Source of the DNA: an uncultured Actinomycetes bacterium
GTDB taxonomy: Bacteria > Actinomycetota > Humimicrobiia > Humimicrobiales > Humimicrobiaceae
Reading direction: 5' to 3'
Assembly (NCBI GenBank): GCA_963847665.1
Contig: CAWKAO010000003.1
Coordinates: 569,362 to 633,361 of the forward strand
Length of the DNA: 64,000 nucleotides
This document shows, piece after piece, positions 59,609 through 64,000 of the stretch. Numbering within the stretch: position 1 is the stretch's first letter; each line of letters starts with the position of its first letter. The notes under the pieces are model-generated. The model saw nothing but the letters and a program-made list of their open reading frames with translations, had not been told where the DNA came from and did not search any database. The translations under genes were made by a program, and so were the position numbers.

Positions 59609-60859
59609 ATGATTTCAAACTTAAAAGTTTTAAATACACTTAGCTCTAAACATCAGCTCTTGATCAATAAATCTATAATACTCAATTATTTAATGGAAAA
59701 CACTTCTGTCTCAAGAGCCAAAATAGCAACTGACCTTCAAATAAGCCCACCAACTGTATCCAAAATAATCGATGAGTTGATCTCGGAGGGATTTGTCATT
59801 GAAATAGGAAAAGACCTTTCCACTGGCGGGAAAAAAGCCATTAGGCTAAGTTTTAATAATAAAAGTGGAAGTGTTATTGGTGTTGACCTTGGTAAGGATA
59901 AAATAAGGATAGTAAGAAGCGACATGGGGGGCCAGGTGCTTGAAAAACATGTAGGATTTGATATTTATTATAAGGATAAGGACTTATTAGAAAAAGTAAT
60001 AAATGAGATTCAAATGTTTATTGATGGCATTGATTTAAATGATGAAAATGGTAATGTTGAATTAAAGGGTATATGTATAGGAATTCCTGCTGATATAAAT
60101 TCAGAAAGTGGTAAAGTGATCAGTTCATCTCTTTTTGCAGACTGGCAGGATTTAAATCTGAAGGAAATATTTTCAAAATATTTCGATATAGAAATATTTA
60201 TTGAAAACAGTAAAAATATGGCAGCTATTGGTGAGAAAAACCGTGGCGTAGGCCAACAATATAAGGATTTTGTGATTGTAGAAGTCGGAGAAGGTATTGG
60301 TGCTGGGATAATACTTGATGACCAGCTTTTCAGGGGATCGAGTTTTTCAGCTGGTGAAGTCGGTTTTATCATTGATAATAAAAAACAGATGTACTCTACC
60401 TATAAGATAAAAGGTGCCATGGAAAAAACGGCTTCTCCGAATATTTTAAAACAGAACATGATTAATGTAATTAAATCCAATAAAAGAACACTTGTCACTG
60501 AATTATCAGGGAATAATATTAATGATATCAACCCTTCAATTGTTTGTAAGGCAGCACTCCTTGGGGATAAGCCTTCAAAAAAAATAATTAAAAATGTTGT
60601 TGAAAATTTATCGATTATAATATTAAACCTTACATTGATACTAAATCCTGAAATCATAGTAATCGGTGGAGACCTGCTGGAACTTCCTGAGGTAGAAAAA
60701 TTGTTTATAGATCCCATTAAAGAATTAATAAAGAATATTGTACCGTTCAAAACTCCCATAGTTAAGTCAGCTTCTCTTGGGGTAGACGCAGGAGTCCTTG
60801 GTTGTTCAATTTTTGCAATAAGTAATATTTTAGGTACCTTATATCCTTATAAGATCTAA
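59609..60859 (+). CDS. ROK-family transcriptional regulator (NagC/XylR-like)
   Basis: N-terminal winged HTH, then a ROK sugar-kinase-like domain (GVDLG...GEGIGAGII, Cys/His zinc motif). Length is 416 aa. Confidence 0.8.
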   Translation: MISNLKVLNTLSSKHQLLINKSIILNYLMENTSVSRAKIATDLQISPPTVSKIIDELISEGFVIEIGKDLSTGGKKAIRLSFNNKSGSVIGVDLGKDKIRIVRSDMGGQVLEKHVGFDIYYKDKDLLEKVINEIQMFIDGIDLNDENGNVELKGICIGIPADINSESGKVISSSLFADWQDLNLKEIFSKYFDIEIFIENSKNMAAIGEKNRGVGQQYKDFVIVEVGEGIGAGIILDDQLFRGSSFSAGEVGFIIDNKKQMYSTYKIKGAMEKTASPNILKQNMINVIKSNKRTLVTELSGNNINDINPSIVCKAALLGDKPSKKIIKNVVENLSIIILNLTLILNPEIIVIGGDLLELPEVEKLFIDPIKELIKNIVPFKTPIVKSASLGVDAGVLGCSIFAISNILGTLYPYKI

Positions 60860-61002
60860 GGGCTGAGAAGAAATAGTTTTAAGGAGGTGATAGTTTGGTA
60901 TTCTTAATTTATTAATAAAAAAGGAGGTGATTTTTATAAATTAGTAGTGGGTAGTACGAACTTGGATTTTACATTAAATATTTTAGAGGAGGCAAATCTA
61001 TA

Positions 61003-63148
61003 ATGAAAGAAGATAAGTACCCAAATCTTTTTAAACCACTAAGGATCGGAAGTGTAGTTGCTAAAAATAGGATTAACTTTGAGCCTACAGCCATTAGTTG
61101 TTCCAATGCTGACGGTTCTGTAAGTGAACTGGATATAGCAGTATATTCAGAGATAGCCAAGGGTGGCTACAGTATGATCAATATTGGCGGGTGTACTCCA
61201 GATTCAAAGACCGGCCGGGTGACCGTTACCGGTGTAATCATCGATGAGGATAATATGATACCTGGAATGGCAAGGCTGGCAAAAAGTATCCAGAAATATG
61301 GAGCACTTGCTATACCTCAGATACAACACCCGGGGAGGCAGTGCCCCATGCCTAAAGGTAGCTACATGTCTACCAACGATCAGGTGGTCAAGCTTCCATG
61401 GTCTGCGGGACATGAGATCGTTTTTGCAAATGCAGAAGAAAAAGGTAAAGAGATTAAAGCAATGTCCACACAGGAGATCCTCGAACAGGTTGAATTATGG
61501 TCTCTGGCCGCCTGGAGATGCCAGGCAGCAGGGTTTGATGCAGTATGCCTGCACGCTGCGCACGGTTATCTTATGTCAGCATTCCTGAGCCCATATCTAA
61601 ATCGTCGTATCGACCGTTTTGGAGGAAACTTTGAAAATCGTATGCTTTTCCCATTATCAATCATCAAAGAGATCCACAATAAGTGCGGAAATGATTTTCC
61701 GGTTATTGTACGTTTTTCTGCTAATGAATGGGTTCCTGGTGGAATAGATATTGAAGAAAGCAAAAGAATTGCAGTAGCACTGGAGGAAGGTGGAGCTGCT
61801 GCGCTTGATTTAAGCCAGTGTATTCAGGAGACTCCTGGCGCTGGTTTTGACCCTATGCATTATCAGGAGGGCTGGACAATATATTCTGCTGAAGCAGTAA
61901 AACCGCTCGTAAAGATACCGGTAATCATAAGCCATGCTCTAAGGCATCCGGATGTCTGCGAGAAAATAATTGCTGATGGCAAAGCTGATATGATCGGTAT
62001 GTGTCGACAGGCACTCGCTGATCCTTATTGGCCTCTAAAAGTCCAGCAGGGCAAAGAAGAAAAAATCAGGAAGTGCATATCATGTCTTACAGGTTGCTGG
62101 CAGGAATCCCTCATGGCTAAGAAAGACATAGCATGTGCTGTCAACCCGAGTCTGTGGTGATCTGAACTTCTATAATATGGATAAAAGCCCGGCTAAGAAG
62201 TCCTTAAAGATAGCAATCGTAGGTGGCGGTCCGGCTGGTATGGAAGCTGCACGATGGGCAGTCCTTCGTGGTCACAAGCCCATTATTTTTGAGAAGAAAA
62301 ACGAACTTGGTGGAGCCATATTAGGTTGCTGCCTTGTTCCTGACAAAGACAAGATGAAATGGCAGGCTGACTGGTTAAGGTATGAGATCCGAGACCTTGG
62401 TGTTGAGGTTAAAATGGAACATGTGCCTACTGCAGAAGAGCTAAAGAAATATGATGTGGTCTTAAATGCCACAGGTGCAGTAAGTTATGTACCTGAAGCC
62501 AATGGATTAAAAGACAAAGTCATCTCGATGGAAGCAGCGTTCTCATGTCCAAAAGCCACATGTGAGTTTTATCCAAAAGGAAGTGGAAGAAAGGGTGTCA
62601 AGCTTGGAGAGAAAGTAATAATCTGGGGTGATCATTATGGCGCTGCAGACCTTGTTGCTTTCCTGGGTGCAGCCGGTAAAGATGTGACCGTTGTAACAGA
62701 CAGGAAAGAATTTGGTTCAAGTGTAGAAGTAATACATATGTATGTACTTAGGAAACGTATGGCCCAGGGTGATGCTGAAGCTCTCCATTCAAAACCATAT
62801 AAATACCCGGTCAAGGTATTCCAGGGCTCGACCTTATATAACATCGGTGAAAAAGAAGTCCAGATCATAAGTAATAACTTAAACATCACAAAAGTCCAAG
62901 CCGATGATATCGTAACATGCTACACGAGACCGAATACAGAACTTGCTGGAGTATTTGAAAAAGTCGAAGCTGCAGGAATACCAGTTGTAACAGTTGGAGA
63001 TGCTAAGAGCCCAAGAAATCTTCATGCTGCAATTAAAGAAGCTGCATCCTTTATCCTTCAGCTTGAGCCTGATCATGTAATAAAGAATCCTAATGGTGCC
63101 CTTATTGATGATCTACCGATAGATGTTAAAGGACAGCTTGGTTTTTAA
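61003..63148 (+). pseudogene. OYE-family Fe-S flavoenzyme (2-enoate reductase / 2,4-dienoyl-CoA reductase-like), split by a 1-nt frameshift at about 62155
   Basis: ORF 61003-62160 has an Old Yellow Enzyme TIM barrel plus the Cys cluster CISCLTGCWQ and ends CAVNPSLW*. ORF 62135-63148 in the +1 frame carries the FAD/NAD(P)-binding domain (IAIVGGGPAGMEAA). Skipping T62155 gives CAVNPSLGDLNFYN..., colinear with FadH. Confidence 0.7.
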
Positions 63149-63320
63149 TACAAAGGATCAAGCTGGAAAGTTAATAGTATTATTAATTAGTTTTGTTATA
63201 ATTTTATAGGAATGTTGTTAGAGAATATAGATGCTTAAAAAGAAATCAAAATGAAGTGTTTTTACTCTGACAGCAGAATACAGGAAATAAAAACAGTAAA
63301 AAACTCTTAAAGGAGGAAAA

Positions 63321-64000
63321 ATGAAAAGATCACTATTAATATTAGTAGTAGTGTCAGTGGTTATAGCTATGCTGGTAACCATCGGACTCAGTGGATGTAA
63401 GCAGCAATCTGCAGAGACTACAGCTGCAGAGACTACAGCTGCAGAGACTACAGCTGCCGAGACCACTGCTGCCGAGACCACTGCGGCAGAAACAACAGCT
63501 GGAAAGACATTGGTTTTTGGTAACCTTCCTACTGCGCTTTCAGATGAATGGAACGGTTACAGTGTTGAAAACTTTGAGTTTGCAGCAAAGACCAAAGGTG
63601 TAGATGTTCAGGTCATCGATGCAGGTTGGGATGGCGCAAAACAATTAGCTGATATGGAAGACCTGATAAGTAAGGGAGTAGATGCGATAGGAGTATTTAT
63701 CTGGACACCTGAAAGTGGAGAGCAATACGCAACTATGGCAAAAGAAGCCGGAATACCTATTGCCTTTGAAAACACCAAACTGAGTTCTGACCTGATCGGG
63801 TATACATTCCAGGGAGATTATCTTTTCAACGTAGCCTGTGAATATGATAATATCGGTTATGAAGCTATAAAATGGCTCGATGAAAACTATCCTGGCGCGA
63901 AGATACTATATGTAAGAGGTATGCCTGGAATGGGTATTGTTGAAGCCTATGAAGCAGGTGTAGAAAAAGCTCTTGCTGAATCAACAAGTGGTACGACAGT
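63321..64000 (+). CDS. sugar-binding lipoprotein (periplasmic-binding-protein type I), 3'-truncated by the window end
   Basis: RBS AGGAGG at 63311-63316 and ATG at 63321. Lipobox LSGC, then an (AETTA)6 linker, then a PBP domain. Open to the end of the window. The ORF-track entries 63218-63481(-) and 63391-63603(+) are out-of-frame readings of the repeat. Confidence 0.75.
   Translation, partial: MKRSLLILVVVSVVIAMLVTIGLSGCKQQSAETTAAETTAAETTAAETTAAETTAAETTAGKTLVFGNLPTALSDEWNGYSVENFEFAAKTKGVDVQVIDAGWDGAKQLADMEDLISKGVDAIGVFIWTPESGEQYATMAKEAGIPIAFENTKLSSDLIGYTFQGDYLFNVACEYDNIGYEAIKWLDENYPGAKILYVRGMPGMGIVEAYEAGVEKALAESTSGTT
63411..63500 (+). repeat. 15-bp tandem repeat x6 encoding (AETTA)n
   Basis: GCAGAGACTACAGCT x3, GCCGAGACCACTGCT/GCG x2, and one degenerate unit, all in phase with the SBP reading frame. 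Confidence 0.8.

Noticed and set aside
63218-63603. ORF-track entries 63218-63481(-) (AAVVSAAVVS...) and 63391-63603(+) (LQLQRLQLQR...)
   Set aside because: Both are out-of-frame translations of the 15-bp tandem repeat. The correct reading is the + frame starting at ATG 63321 with an RBS, encoding a lipoprotein SBP whose frame stays open to the window end.
1-64000. CRISPR arrays, tRNA/rRNA genes, transposases or integrases
   Set aside because: No direct-repeat/spacer periodicity was seen; the only tandem repeat is the coding 15-mer at 63411-63500. No cloverleaf-like tRNA sequences and no recombinase or transposase-like ORFs were recognised in any frame.

Overview
This 64-kb window looks like a chromosomal segment from a low-GC bacterium. 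It carries NrdR, PlsY, an OmpR-type two-component system and an LpxL-like acyltransferase, and is probably from an anaerobic Firmicutes-like lineage; the LpxL homolog hints at a diderm member (inference only). There are no rRNA, tRNA, CRISPR or mobile-element genes.

Gene content, in order:
- a glutamate-synthase-domain FMN protein preceded by a structured leader that ends in a terminator-like hairpin
- a four-gene ribose-type sugar ABC importer
- a flavinylation module (FMN-binding protein with an SGAT motif, ApbE flavin transferase, membrane-anchored FNR-like reductase) followed by a two-component system
- an FGGY sugar kinase, a YjbQ-family protein, an esterase, a radical-SAM protein convergent with a membrane coiled-coil serine protease, and a MalK-type ATPase
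- HAD and HD hydrolases, an HtrA protease, and a homocysteine-methyltransferase-domain protein
- a class II (B12-dependent) ribonucleotide reductase whose promoter spacer is occupied by an NrdR box; nrdR itself lies 10 kb away
- several zinc-type alcohol dehydrogenases, a Ca-type P-type ATPase, and a bacterial eRF1/Pelota-like protein
- a LacI-family regulator divergent from an island encoding an MtaA-like methyltransferase, two tandem MttB-superfamily (non-pyrrolysine) methyltransferases, a corrinoid protein, a CUT1 ABC importer, two creatinase-like M24 hydrolases, a cupin, a Gfo/Idh/MocA oxidoreductase and E1 alpha/beta
- sugar and amino-sugar genes (NagB-like, ADH, PFK, ROK regulator with a palindromic operator), a split OYE-type enoate reductase, and a lipoprotein solute-binding protein with an (AETTA)n linker

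At least eight otherwise well-conserved genes are interrupted by single-nucleotide frame breaks: ApbE, ADH2, the MFS transporter, the eRF1-like gene, LacI, both M24 genes and the enoate reductase. This points either to uncorrected indel errors in the assembly or to widespread pseudogenisation.

The most interesting candidates for new biology are the corrinoid/MttB methyl-transfer island with its unusual downstream catabolic genes and the flavinylation/electron-transfer module.
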